Origin: Octopus bimaculoides
Lineage: Eukaryota
Length of the DNA: 53,553 nt
Assembly: GCF_001194135.2 (NCBI RefSeq)
Contig: NC_068983.1
Location: 1,803,503-1,857,055 of the forward strand
Reading direction: 5' to 3'
A program made the translations under genes and the position numbers. The notes under the pieces were generated by a model, which was given only the letters and a program-made list of their open reading frames with translations, ran no database searches and was not told the origin of the DNA. Shown here piece after piece: positions 10,689-24,476 of this stretch (position 1 is its first letter; each line of letters begins with the position of its first letter).

Positions 10689-11231
10689 ACTTGTTCCCAT
10701 CCTTCAAAAGCTATTTGTGAAGCTCAGATTATGATAAAAGAGATTTACTCAAATCTCTCCTCATATGAACCGAAAGCACAGGTAGCACGGACACGTACTC
10801 ACGAAGTAGGGTACATCAAACGACATCCAGGCTTTCGGATACGAAACGATCTTCAAATATAAATATCATTGTCGTCTATCGTGGAAGTAATAATTATAAC
10901 ATGGCACACAAATACTGCGGACATTGACATTAATCAAAATCTGTTTTGCAGATATTCTTAGGAATGTGACTATTATATATCAGGTATTATCATTCTTAAT
11001 TTTCTGGCATTGTCTGGCGTTGTTTTTGAAAACAGAATTTTCTGCATGTCTATATGCCGAAATACCAATATCTTAATAATCATTAATGCATAAAATACAA
11101 TTGCACTGATATTAAAATATTTGCAAGAAGTAAAAAAATAAAAAGAAAAAAAATACTCGTAAATTTAGAGGAAATATTGTTCCTGAAATATCTAAATAAC
11201 TGAGGATAATACTGAGTGGTATCATAATATA

Positions 11232-11430
11232 TTGGATTCCAATTTTGGCACTTGGCAGGTATCTAGGGATTATATCAACACCAGTGCTCATGTGGTACTT
11301 ATTTTATCAACCCCGAAATGATAAGAGATGAAGCTGACCTCGGTGGAATTTGATTTCAGAACGTTAAGACGAACGAAACGCCGCTAAACATTTTGTCTAG
11401 TGTTCTAACGATTCTGCCAGCTCACTGCCT
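11232..11430 (-). mobile_element. tRNA-derived SINE, family 1, diverged
   Basis: Aligns with the other family-1 copies (GGTACTTATTTTATCAACCCCG, GACCTCGGTGGAATTTGA, CTGCCAGCTCAC). Confidence 0.8.
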
Positions 11431-11447
11431 GATGAGGAGTCATAATA

Positions 11448-12007
11448 CAGGGAGGGGCAGAGAGGAGGAACGTTTCTGAAAAATTCACAAAATCTTTCAT
11501 GTTTCGTGCAAACAAATTTTATTGATATCAATGTGTTCGTATTTAATTAGGATTTGTTAAACTCAAGTGTGGAAAACAACATCCATCGTGTGGTGTCCGT
11601 TTTCATTGATGCATTTCTGAAGGCGTTCTTGGAAGCTGGCCTCCACTCTCTCCAGCATTGCTCTGTGCATAATGCCATGGTTTTAACTGTTGCCCAATCA
11701 TCAGTTAGTACGGGTGAAAATGGAGGTCTTCATCCAAGATACGCCTTGCCGATCGATTACCGATGCCAAGTTCAGTGCAATGCCTTCGGGCAGAAGGATT
11801 CAGACTCTGTATCAAAGCTTGTCTGACGCGTGACCGTCGTCGGCAGACATGCGATGCTCCATCGTCCACAGCGCCATGGCTTCACCTGAAAAGAAAACAA
11901 AATGGTGAGACACCGCGGACCAAGCAGTACCTGTCGGACCAATGCTCCACCTCCTGGAGCTGAGTAATAACTATTTTGAAAACATCCGTCCGCTCTGCCC
12001 CACCTTG
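11448..12007 (-). mobile_element. Internally deleted Tc1/mariner-superfamily DNA transposon (560 bp)
   Basis: Imperfect TIRs CAGGGAGGGGCAGAGAGGA / reverse complement CAAGGTGGGGCAGAGCGGA; TA at left flank, TT at right. Transposase remnants: MALWTMEHR, SARRHCTELGIGNRSARRILDEDLHFHPY*LM, and C-terminal LERVEASFQERLQKCINENGHHTMDVVFHT*. Confidence 0.85.
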
Positions 12008-12079
12008 TTTACTAATCTGTATTCATACCCAGCATTAAATGTGGCATCAAATTAATCAATAGCTCCCCATCGTTCATAG

Positions 12080-12388
12080 CTTTCCGTCGCTTACGTCGAT
12101 GTGTGTTATGAGTGACCCGACCAATAGAACAATCTGCCAGTGAAATTAACGTGTAAATGTCTCAGCACTCCACAGACAGTCGAATCCCCCCAACGTAATT
12201 CTGAGGAGGATTCAACGTGTCGCAGAAGTGACAAGGCTGGCTTTTATAAAGCAGGTACTACTCAGTTTTAGCAGCTAAATAGAGTGCGACAACATGAAAT
12301 AAAGTGTCTCGCTCAAGGACAAAACGCGCCAAACTCACGACTTTACGACCGTGACACGAATGCCCTCACCATTAAGTGGAGCGCCTTC
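12080..12388 (-). mobile_element. tRNA-derived CORE-like SINE, different tail family
   Basis: Minus strand: AGGGCATTCGTGTCACGGTCGTAAAGTCGTGAGTT head and GTCCTTGAGCGAGACACTTTATTTCATGTTG central block, related to 10297-10532. Confidence 0.75.
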
Positions 12389-13401
12389 AAACTTCCATTG
12401 CTACATGACATAGTTATTAGTGGCGTAGATGTGTAGATAATGCACAATAAAGTCAAAGTTTCCAAATACAGTATAATCACGTAAGAAACACAAATCTTTG
12501 GAATGTGGACATGCTTCAGCACTGCCTTAAAGGTTTTTGTCGAAATGGATCTAGTTAGTTTCATTCGTAAATGAGCCTCCTTTAATTTTGCTCAGATTGT
12601 TTTCAATTATGGTGTATCGATGCAACTTGAATTTGATTACGATCAGCCAATTACTTTATTTCGTAAATATGATGTTATTTGGAATTGAAGTTGGGAAATT
12701 TAGGTAATTTAGAAGTCTACAATGAACAGGTCATTTCACAGACGCTAAACTATAAATTTCACAGGGTACAACTTTAAAGCTGACACCGCTCCACTAAACG
12801 CAGAAGATTTCTGTTTCGTTTTTCCGATTTTAAAAACTCTCTAACTTTTTCCTATAACGTTTTTCTCCACAATATCATACCTTCATAGCAATAAGAATGG
12901 AAAACTACATTATTATAGCCGATTTTCAGATTTTTTAAACTTCCTTTCAAAAAACACATATTGTGTGAACAAGTTTAACTAAGTCTGTCGAACTAATAGT
13001 ATTTTTAAAGCCTGGTGCGCTTTATTGATGCATCGCAAAGTTGCCGAATCGCTAAGTTACGGAGACGTAAACACATTCATACAGTTTGCCGAGAGGTGGT
13101 GGTGGGGGGCAAAGACACGCGCATACACACACGCACACATATGCACTCATACACATACATACACACTCACACACACACGCGCGCACATACACATATACAC
13201 ACGACAAGCTTCTGCACAGGATTCACTTACAGGGCATTCTGGGGCAATGGCAGATGGCAATAAGTCGTTCAGTTTCTATGTATGTGTGGATAGAATTGTA
13301 TGAAGAGGAAACTCGTTCCTCAGTGATTTCATGTGTAACTTACAATATAATATATTGTACTAAATAATATATAAATATACATACATACACTCACACACAC
13401 A

Positions 13402-13511
<110 letters not shown>

Positions 13512-15524
13512 GTCATAACAACGGGGCCGCAGTTTATGACTTAGATATTAAATACTTTCCCTTCAAGATGTGAGTAGAAATTACGCTGGAGTCAGTTTGA
13601 CCTTATTTTCCTGAGGCAATCGCTAAGATAATTACTTATTACCCTCTCAAGATTTTTCAGTCGACTAGGTACATTTTGTGCAAATTTGTACTTGTCGCTG
13701 TGTGAACAAAATCCTTATTTACATTATAGATAGAATCTCGCCAGAAACTACCATGTAAATAAATACATATATATATATATACCTTGAGAGAGGGGGAGAA
13801 AGTGAGAAAGATGAAACTAAATAGCTTGCACTCGCTTTAGCATTAAATAGATTATATATTTAGCCCATATTTCGCAGCTTTATCGATTACAGAAAAGCTA
13901 AACCTGCCTATCGAGTTAATCTTCAACTATGTTGCTTAATATAGCGAGATAAGTATGTAAATATAATATTTTGTGATATGAAGAAAAGCAGCGGTATTTA
14001 ATCTGTAAAACGCACGAAGAAAATGAAGACATTGAGGGATAGAAAATTAGATGATACGAATCGTGTTTTTATTTTCTAATGGTATTCATGAGATATGTGA
14101 AGAAAACTGCATCAGATGGCAACTAAATCCTTCTGTATATCGGAATATATATTCCCAAATGTAAACCTGCAACACTTTTCCTTATATCATTAATATCTTT
14201 TTGTAAATGTATATGTGCCACACGTTTCAGTTGTCTCAATATCAAACTTCGTATTCTTAGTAAACCAACAAATGTTTCATTCCAGTTACTGGGGCCATTA
14301 CGAATTGTTTGATGTTCAACAAATACTACCTATACTTTTATACCCTTGTACTGGATATATAATATAACGAAGCAGGGGAGAAGAAAGTATATGAACAACG
14401 CACATCTACTACTATCACACGAGACTTAACGCTCTATATCAAAGGCTCACAGTGAACTGCTACCAACACAAATTGCCAATCGCTCACAGTCTACCTTCTA
14501 GTTACTTGAGGGGTGTTCGGAATCCCTCCACAACATATACCTATATCAAAATCACAGCTAGTTCCCTTAAAAAATAGCTTATATTATTGTGTAATGCTGT
14601 TCTTAATACAATATGCTTGAAACAACGAAAGACATGGTGGTCCCGGCCGGATGACTTTTGTCATTGATCAGCTCGATCAGAATTTTCCTTGGGCTAAACT
14701 AAAGACATAGCAACAAACAATAGCTGATTCATATCAATTTTAATGTCTTTCTTTCAGAGACAATTAGCGTTTTCTGTTTATAATTTTGTGGATGTTAATT
14801 TGTAACGCTGGACAGATTAAATCTTTGGTCGGTGCACAGTTGTGGCCTAAAATGGAAAAGAAAATTACAGACTGGTTTCAGAAAAAGATGTAGAGAAAGA
14901 TAAGGAGAGTTCTTGAAAACAGTTGTATTTTGAGACATTACTCATCAAGAAGAAGAATTGTAATGAAGGAAAATGAAGATTGCCTCTGGAATTACAGACT
15001 ATTCAATTCAAAACTTTTCATTCCATTGTTATTCTTCTTTTTATTGTAACAACAGAATATTCTCAAATAAAAGATATGATGAATGAAATACACAATTCTT
15101 TAGGAAGATACATCAACACACATATATATATATATATATATANNNNNNNNNNNNNNNNNNNNNNNNNNNNNNNNNNNNNNNNNNNNNNNNNNNNNNNNNN
15201 NNNNNNNNNNNNNNNNNNNNNNNNNNNNNNNNNNNNNNNNNNNNNNNNNNNNNNNNNNNNNNNNNNNNNNNNNNNNNNNNNNNNNNNNNNNNNNNNNNNT
15301 ATATATGTATATATAGGTAGAGGTTTCTCTATCTCAATCCCTCTGTCTTTCCCCCCCTCTCTCTTCTTCCCTCTTCCTCTCCCCAATCCCACTTCCGTCA
15401 CCATTTCCCCGCCATTTTTATCTCTCATCTCTTTCCCTACCTCCCTCTCACGGCCCCGCTCCCTTCCTTTATCATCCCACTTTTCTCTCTGAACTTATGC
15501 ATACAAACATACATAGATATACAT

Positions 15525-15560
<36 letters not shown>

Positions 15561-16779
15561 GTATTTTAACGTTCTTTGGAAGTTTTTGAAGATGTTTTAA
15601 AGATATTTATTCAGAATTCATTAGTTACCCTATAGCAAAATATTTCTTTAAATAATCTATCAATTTTTTTAAATTCTTTTTTTTATTTTTAACATATCAT
15701 TTTTGCTTTCAAAATTGTGCACTATTGAAAATCATGACAAACATCAAAACTGGATATATTCGAACCTCACCTCAAAGACCAACAAATAGCACCAGTGGTA
15801 TTCCACAAAGGGTTGTATTGGGGCAATCATAGTCTATATAAACAACAATAGACATCCCAAATGCTATAAAGCAGAGTAAAAAGGAAAATATTTCCAGATG
15901 ATTCCAAGATTGAAACACTTATAGATGGAAAAGGAGAACGAATGTGACTGCAATCTGTTCAGAATGCTGGAAGTTAAATTGCGGTCAGGAATAAAATGCT
16001 GTCAAATGAGGAAAACTTTGCATTTACGCACTTTGAAAAAGAAAATACACTCATTCCTGAAGGAAAACCCCTTGTAAGGAAAACGCTACCGTTTTCCTTC
16101 AGCAAAATCAGACCTGGCATCCAATATCAGAAAATTGGGAGTAGTTGCTGAGAGCAGCTGGAAATGTGAGCTCCTCGATGCCGCCTGTGATCTCCCCTTA
16201 CCACAAAACGTCATGCGAATTGAGGCATTACAGAAAAGAATTACACACACACACACACACANNNNNNNNNNNNNNNNNNNNNNNNNNNNNNNNNNNNNNN
16301 NNNNNNNNNNNNNNNNNNNNNNNNNNNNNNNNNNNNNNNNNNNNNNNNNNNNNNNNNNNNNNNNNNNNNNNNNNNNNNNNNNNNNNNNNNNNNNNNNNNN
16401 NNNNNNNNNNNNNNNNNNNNNNNNNNNNNNNNNNNNNNNNNNNNNNNNNNNNNNNNNNNNNNNNNNNNNNNNNNNNNNNNNNNNNNNNNNNNNNNNNNNN
16501 NNNNATATATTTATGGGGAAAAATGATGGCTTTTTTCCTTATTAGGTTTTTTCATGCTAACTACTTGATAAATTTTTATAAAGTATTTATCCTAATATTA
16601 TATATATATGCATATATATGTGTGTGTTTGTGTCTTTGAGCATGTGATTGTCTTGAACCACTACTAGACAACTGGCGCTTGCTTGTTTGATTTCCCGTAA
16701 CTTAACTCCAAGAACGAGCAGAAATTAACTTACAACTGCGGTTGAAAGTCGCAAATGAGGATCACAGATACACCTACAC

Positions 16780-16870
<91 letters not shown>

Positions 16871-16917
16871 AGTGTATGTGTGTGTGTGTGTATGTATGTC
16901 TATATGTGTATATATAT

Positions 16918-16948
<31 letters not shown>

Positions 16949-16998
16949 AATATACACACACGCACACAATATCATTATATATTGCGCACGTGTTTATA

Positions 16999-17133
16999 GG
17001 TTAATCGATTACATCGACCCCAATACTCAACAGGTACTTATTTTGACGACCTAGACGTAATTTGAACTCGGAACGTTAAAATGCCGCTAAGTATTTTGTC
17101 CGACATGCTAATGATTCTGCCCGATCGCCGCCA
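16999..17133 (-). mobile_element. Family-1 SINE fragment with internal deletion
   Basis: ATCGATTACATCGACCCCA..GGTACTTATTT..AATTTGAACTCGGAACGT..TTCTGCCCGATCGCCGCC. Confidence 0.75.
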
Positions 17134-17440
17134 TTTTATATGTCTATATTAATTTCTCTTTACTTTCTGTTCTCTTTATTTGCCGACATTTTCTTACATT
17201 TAATATATTTTTATGTCCTCTTTTCTACTTGCTTTACTTTGACCCCCATCATCTTATCCAACCTTCACACATCGTTCACCATTATTCTGAGGTGGAATTA
17301 ATGCCAAGCAGAATCTAGTCACCGCGAAGTCTTCTTTTCAAAGAAATTTTATATCCTGATAAATGCATATAGCTATCAATCGCCCTCTCTGCCTGTTTGT
17401 TTCTTCCCCCACTTTGTCTGTCTTTCTCTATCTTTCTCTG

Positions 17441-17495
<55 letters not shown>

Positions 17496-18859
17496 CTTCT
17501 CCGTCTCTCTCCCTCTGTCTGTCTATACATATATACATACAAACACACTGACAGACAGTCAGGCCGACAGATATTACTCTCGCTTCATATGTATATCTGT
17601 GTGTTTTCAATGTGCATGTGTGTATATATATATGCATGCATATATACATACTTATTCATAAGTATGTACATAATCACAGACAAGCATAAACACATGCACA
17701 CATTAATAAAAGAGATGTGTTTTGTCAATATGACCAGCGGACGAACAAATCAGATACGAAAATATGGCTGTAAGTTGGAGTGGGTTAGTTTTGCATGGTG
17801 TTAGAGGTCAAGGCAATGTAAGTAGAGCAGTGGACAGGAAAAACGAATTACGATAAAATGTCAGTAAATGTTGAAACGTGAATGTAAAGAAGAATTAATC
17901 ACAATAATATGGCGTGATGACGGCTGAAGCGACAGAAACGCAAGATGACTGAACAGTGTCAGAAAGAAGTTGACGTAGATTTACTGCGCAAATGTAAAGG
18001 TCAGCAAGTGTTGAAGATTAGAATCTATTTCCAAATAAGGGAATACATGTTAGACGTCCTGTCTGCCTAACGTCAATGAATATTTTACATTTCTCTTCAT
18101 ATTCAGTATTATGTATTCCTGGTTTGTAATGTTAAGTACGAGAAGCCTGTTTTTTTGTTTTTTGTTTTTTTTATAAAATGTCTTTGTGTAATGAATTCGA
18201 AGAAACACCCTATTTAATATACTTTTTTATATTTTGTACGCTAGATTTGTTTTCAGTAATATACATGATTCGTATTACTTATGCGAAGTTGATTTCTTGC
18301 ATAGTGAGTGTGTAATAAATCGGGTTTCCGGTAAAAGGCTGTTTAGAATGCAGAAATGATTTCAAAGTTCTGTGCTAATTACATCCTTACAGATTAATTA
18401 ACCACTGTTAAACACGATGTTTAACTTAAAACTGTGGCGTAAACAAGCAGTAGAAATGCCACGAAAATCTTCCGTTTTCTGTGATTATTTATTGGAAAAA
18501 TTCCAGAGAATTGTCTTTCATTATTTACAGAAATCAATATTCCCTTTTGCCAATAATGGAGAAATTGTAGAAAGAACGCGTAATTATTGGATTTACAAAT
18601 ATTTCGTTTTTTTTTTTATTTCGTAGATATACTGAAGGAAACTCAAATATGTCGTCAAAGATAATTAAGAAATCATTTCATTTTTTATTCACATAATAAA
18701 CGCCACTACCCGATTCAGTTTTCAAAGCTTCTGAGTCGGGTAGAGTAAAGAAGGAATTATCGTTAGATAATATGCCATACCTGAAAACTTACATCTAGAT
18801 CGGAGTGGCAAACCGGACGACGGTTTGATTCTACCACCAAGATCAAGAAGGTTTTATCC

Positions 18860-18990
18860 TATAGTTTCCACCTACCAGTTTTTAATCTCAGGGTTTTGGT
18901 TAGTACCACACTATGGGAAGAGACAAGTATCGAACCGTCCCGCCGTAGAATTGAACCTGACACAGCGCGCTGTGAACATCTTATCGCAAA
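18860..18990 (-). mobile_element. Old, degenerate tRNA-SINE fragment
   Basis: Minus strand has a B-box-like GGTTCAATTCTAC motif followed by decayed SINE body sequence. Confidence 0.4.
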
Positions 18991-19433
18991 GGCATGTCTG
19001 AATCAATTGTTTCATTGATGAAACAAGTAAACCTAATAGATTTTGACTGAGCCAAAACGTTAAAGACAACTATGTACACCGATAAAGTTCAGCCATAATA
19101 CCATATTGCCATGTTTCATACGAAGTCATAAAAAATTCTTATTTACACTAGAACGTATGTGGTGCCAAAACGGCGACCAAAATATTTTATTCAAATTTCG
19201 GTAAATCTTTGATTAATCTTGCATTGTTTCGATTAGAAATTAATGAAAGCAAAAAGGAAATGTGAGTTGTACGAATTTCTGGACACAAATATATTCAGAA
19301 CGCATGCTGGTTCACCCTTTCTCTCCCTCTCTCTCCCTCTTTCTTTCTCTCTCCCGCTCTCTTTCTCTCTATCTCTCTCTCACACACATACTTACATATA
19401 TGCATAAATATGTGCGTGAGAGCGTGTATGCAT

Positions 19434-19475
<42 letters not shown>

Positions 19476-19670
19476 GTATGTATATGTGTGTACGTATAGA
19501 TGTAAATGTGTGTATAAATAAATATTTATATATATATATATATATATATATGAATATATATTCACATGTATATGTTTACACACACACACATATATATAGT
19601 TCAAATTTATAGACAGGTGTATGAACAACAAACAAGTGTGCTAGATTGACGCTTGGGAAAAATGAAAAAG

Positions 19671-19708
19671 CCTTTTACATTTCGAGCCTACGCTCTTCAG
19701 CAGAAAGG
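19671..19708 (-). ncRNA. Minimal type-I hammerhead motif, A6C variant core
   Basis: CCTTT-CTGCTGA-A-GAGC(gtag)GCTC-GAAA-TG-TA-AAAGG. Perfect 5-bp helix I and 4-bp helix II; GUA site; predicted cut between 19676 and 19675. Confidence 0.75.
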
Positions 19709-19714
19709 AATAAG

Positions 19715-19930
<216 letters not shown>

Positions 19931-20620
19931 TTCATATATATATATATATATTTATACATTCACGTACACAAACATACAAACATTCACATATGCCTATATA
20001 TGCGCGCACACAAACACACATATAGACACACAACTAATTTGTTGTATCACGGGAGGGTCCTTATGCCAATAATAAACACACGAGCTGGCCTGTATTCAGT
20101 GTGATGAGTAGTTGCGTATTTAACCATTTAAGTATCTATTGTTTGATTAATCTGTCTGTCAATCACACAATAAGAAAAGTGATTTATTGGGTGAGTGCAT
20201 ATGATTAATGAGGTTACAAATGGCAATAAAAGATCTTTTATGAACATAATAGATTGTCTGATTGTCAGAACGACAAATCTAAAATATTACTGATATTTAA
20301 GAAAAAAGTGAAATCAAAACCATGCCCGTGTTTAATGACATAATGGCCGTCCCGTGATGCAAAAAATCTTTTTCAACATACGTCGTCATATCACAAACCT
20401 CGCAATCAACAAACAGAATCCAACTTTATACCATTAGCTCTTCGTATACATATATAGCGGAGGAACTTAGAGAACTCAATTGTTATCCAATAATGTTTTC
20501 ATATGCACGCTAACTGTGTGTGCATCTGTGCGTGTTACATTCAAATTAATCAAGTGTGATATATAGATGAACTTCATCTTCTCAGGCGCCGAACGGGTTG
20601 CAACACATGACTGAACGCAT

Positions 20621-20818
20621 CTAGTGAACGTTAAAATATAGTGTAATGTAAGATTGGAAAGCTTGATACAGAGCCATGTCTACAAATAATTCTTGGATGG
20701 ACTGGACACACACATTGCTAAAGTTATCTCGTGCAAGGACAGGAATCTCGAGTTTCATTTGCTGCGAGTCAAAGTGTGTGAACGAGGCACTGGACTGAGG
20801 CTGCACTTCAATTTTTCT
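20621..20818 (-). CDS. Candidate terminal coding exon, unidentified (RKIEVQPQSS..YFNVH*)
   Basis: Open non-repetitive 65 codons after a TTTTGTTGTTTACAATACAG acceptor; no homology recognised. Confidence 0.2.
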   Translation of the reverse strand, partial: RKIEVQPQSSASFTHFDSQQMKLEIPVLARDNFSNVCVQSIQELFVDMALYQAFQSYITLYFNVH

Positions 20819-21051
20819 CTGTATTGTAAACAACAAAATAACGAGTATCTGGCAGAGCCAACATAAAACTTGAAGACCGAAACGCACACAGAGAAACACA
20901 CACCGACGCGCACGCCTATGCATGTCATTTATGTATATATTATATGTATGTACGTATCCATGTATGTGCAGATATATATATATATATTAATATATATTTA
21001 CATTCATATATGCATACACATGCACGATACACACACACACACACACGCACA

Positions 21052-21145
<94 letters not shown>

Positions 21146-22432
21146 ATCTGGGTAAAAAACATTATAGTGTTTTCCAAAGCACGTTTCCAGGTATCGCCCA
21201 CCACATATTATGAAATAGCAGGAACTTCTGTTACATGATATGCTTTTCAAAATCCACAAGTATCTGGCGAGTATAAACAAAATTAGATTTAATAAAGGTG
21301 ATGGTCTGAACATGCTTTATTACATATTACTGAAATTGCTTCGGCGCCTCATTATCAATTGCTAATTGCTGAATGTTATATATGCTATATGCAATATTGC
21401 AGTAATAAAGTTTAACGAACTGAATGTGGTTCGTTTGTCTAAGAATTCATTGTATAGAAATGCAAGGTATAAACACTATTGGCGAAAAATATATGTTCAT
21501 ATTGTATAATGCTATGTACACGATATATAATATTGATCTCGATTCTGATCAACGCTTATGTTACCTTCGTTAACGAATTTATTCAGTGTGTTTAAATACA
21601 TACACATGTAACAACACATATTCATGCCCTTACGTATAATAGTTTCAAAGATGCAGATTATTACGTTCGGTGCCAGATCAATTGGTACTTAAGCTAGTTA
21701 TTGGATTTTTAGCAAAAAAACACAGAAATTTAAATAGCAGATCTCAGATAAATATTCAAATGAAATAAACATATATGGAGGGTGTACCCTAACAGTGACT
21801 GTAATGAACTCTTTCGACTTTAGGAATAATTGAACAAGCAAGTTAAACGAAGTGCAAGATAATACAACTGAACAAGGAATTATGTAAGGCTGGGACACCA
21901 TGATCTGATGCTCTGCAGTATTAATTACTGACATCAGATGTTCTTTTCGTGCAAATGGTATTGGATATTCTCTTAGTGTTAGATCAAAATAGCTTTGCTT
22001 AGAAACGAATGTATTTGGAACATCATTATTACTCTTAATACATAATTTGTTGCCGTTTAGCTTTTTATAAGTATATTAACTAGAAATGAGGCCCACGCTA
22101 ATATCTGAAACATTACAGCAAGTCACTCAGTACTAACAGTAATTTTAAGATTACATTCTAAGAACTTAAATTAGAGATTATTTCTGAAATGGTTCTAGAT
22201 GAAATTGTTCATGTGACAAAAGATTATCTCTGTCATTCCACCTTCTATACACAAAACTGTTTCAGCTTCGATAGACAGTTCGTATCTATCAAATCTTGTC
22301 TCCGTCCAAATAACCATGCTGATATGGACCAACTCAATAGCTTTCTTCATTGTTTCTTATTTTGTTACTAATGCTATTGAAACTCTAATCGCAGTGTAAA
22401 GATTTTGACGTAACTGGATTAGTGATGGGTGA

Positions 22433-22484
<52 letters not shown>

Positions 22485-22585
22485 CGTCTGCTCATTATTG
22501 AAGATATAAGCTATTATTCGGCGTAATCACTTTGGGGCTGTTAATTCACAGTAATAGTTTTAAGAGTTATTTAATATTAAAGACG

Positions 22586-22688
22586 ATGGTATTGAATATT
22601 AGCCCGTTTATCTTCTCAACCTTACTCATTACAGCGTTCAACGTCTGCAGCGAAAGCGTGAATGCAATTCACGTAGGAAATTGTGTTG
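22586..22688 (+). CDS. Candidate first coding exon of a secreted protein (MVLNISPFIFSTLLITAFNVCSESVNAIHVGNCV-G)
   Basis: ACGATGG start context, hydrophobic signal-peptide-like core, phase-1 donor TTG|GTAGGT; no downstream exon found. Confidence 0.3.
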
Positions 22689-23342
22689 GTAGGTGCCGAG
22701 CTGAAGTTATTATCGAACTTTAAATTACACTGGAATTGTAAAAACTGACTCACGAGACCAGTGTAACGTTGGTCTTTCCGAAAATTACCAAATTAAGTAA
22801 TGAAAATTCATGGATCAGATATTCGAGTTATTCACCGAAGACGTGATACGATCGAAATTTTGTTTGGAGGAAGATTGCAAAAACGTGAGTTCAATACCAT
22901 GTAGCAAATATCGGAAATATCAGAAAAACTAAGAAATAGTTCTAAATTTATTAAAAGAATGTTTCTTTTTCCGTTGATTTTCGAATGATTTAATCAATTT
23001 GAGAAGCAATTCGTGATAGTCTTTGTCATTTTTTAACTGCTCAGAAATGCTGACTAATTGCAGCATGTTGGGTGTAGAAGTAATGAAATCAATACGTGAA
23101 TCTAAATCAGTCAATATTAAGAATATATCACCTCTTGAAGCAGATATGACAATCAGTATTTGTTTAACGAACACATCATAAACACACTAATTCAAAACAC
23201 GTGAAAGTATTTCTGTTTTCACTTCTAATTAATGTTGTAACTTATAACCTGCAATTGAAGGAACACGCCCAAATGAATCTCTACTTTAACACTTCCTTTT
23301 CATTGCGGTTATAAGTTGGTTACATCAGTGAAACTGTTAACA

Positions 23343-23575
23343 GGCGGCGCGCTGGCAGAAACGTTAGCACACTTGGGCGACATGCTTAGCCGTATTTCGA
23401 CTGTCTTTACGTTCTGAGTTCAAATTCCGCCAAGGTCGTCTTTGCCATTCATCCTTTCGGGGTCGATAAATTAAGTACCACTTACGCACTGGGGTCGATG
23501 TAAGCAACTTAATCCCTTTGTCTGTCCTTGTTTGTCCCCTCTATGTTTAGCCCCTTGTGAGCAATAAAGAAATAA
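23343..23575 (+). mobile_element. Full-length family-1 SINE with 13-bp target-site duplication
   Basis: GAAACTGTTAACA at 23330-23342 and GAAACTGTTAATA at 23576-23588; A-rich end. Confidence 0.92.
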
Positions 23576-23929
23576 GAAACTGTTAATAGGCCATGTGCAT
23601 CAATGACTAATCAGAAAGATTATTTTGGTTAGCTGTGGTTATTTAATTATTGCCCACAAGCATTTATTGTTAGGAGTGTCTCTGGATAATTGCATCACAC
23701 ACCACTGAGAAAAGACGACGATTTCTGTCGAATATTTACAAATAAGTCATGAACAGAACTCTTTATATATAAAGTGAGTTGACGGCACCATAACGATTTC
23801 ATGATATTTTGGAGGTTTCAAATCCTTCATAAAAATACTTTCAAATATAGAATTATTTCATCCGCTCAATCGTGTGTTGTTTTTTTTAACCTCTAGCAAT
23901 ATTTGCCAAACCTACATCAACTGAGAAAA

Positions 23930-24142
23930 TATTGGTTTCAAATTTTGGTAGAAGGCCAGCAATTTCGGGTTGAAGGTTTAAGTCAATTACACTGACCACA
24001 TTGCTCAACTAGTACTTATTTTATCGATCTCGAATCGTTACCGATAAAGTCGATCACGGTGGAATTTGAACTCAGCGTAAAGATGGACGAAACTCGACTA
24101 GACGTTTTGCTCGGAATGCCGACGACTCTCCCAGCTCGCCAA
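23930..24142 (-). mobile_element. Family-1 SINE, diverged
   Basis: Aligns with the other copies (TAGTACTTATTTTATCGATC, GGTGGAATTTGAACTCAG, CCCAGCTCGCC). Confidence 0.8.
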
Positions 24143-24476
24143 CTTCAAATGTTTTAATAACTGAGTAACAATGAGTTTCAGAGCTACTTCCCAGGAGAGA
24201 CGTAAAGATGCTAAAATTGCAATTCTTCTAGTGTTACAAACACTCATTATTTTTAGTGTATTAAACGACAAAACAAATGTTTTAATGAGGCAAAAAGACG
24301 AAATAACTCTCTCCAGAGACAAGAAAATATGCTTCAACACACGATTTCACATAAAGAATCTTGCAAACCATATACAAAAACGAATTTTTAAAAAAATCCA
24401 AGTTACAAATAATTGCACATTTCTTCAAATTATATGACCTTTACATTTTATTGTATTTTTTTTATTGTTATACCAG

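Noticed and set aside
14800-15000. PKMEKKITDWFQKK, reminiscent of a pogo/Tigger CENP-B-type HTH
   Set aside because: Too short and decayed; no TIRs or DDE motif found.
15860-16260. Partly open region including ORFs 16135-16545 and 16145-16639
   Set aside because: ORF length comes from the (CA)n run and N gap; the unique part has no recognisable domain.
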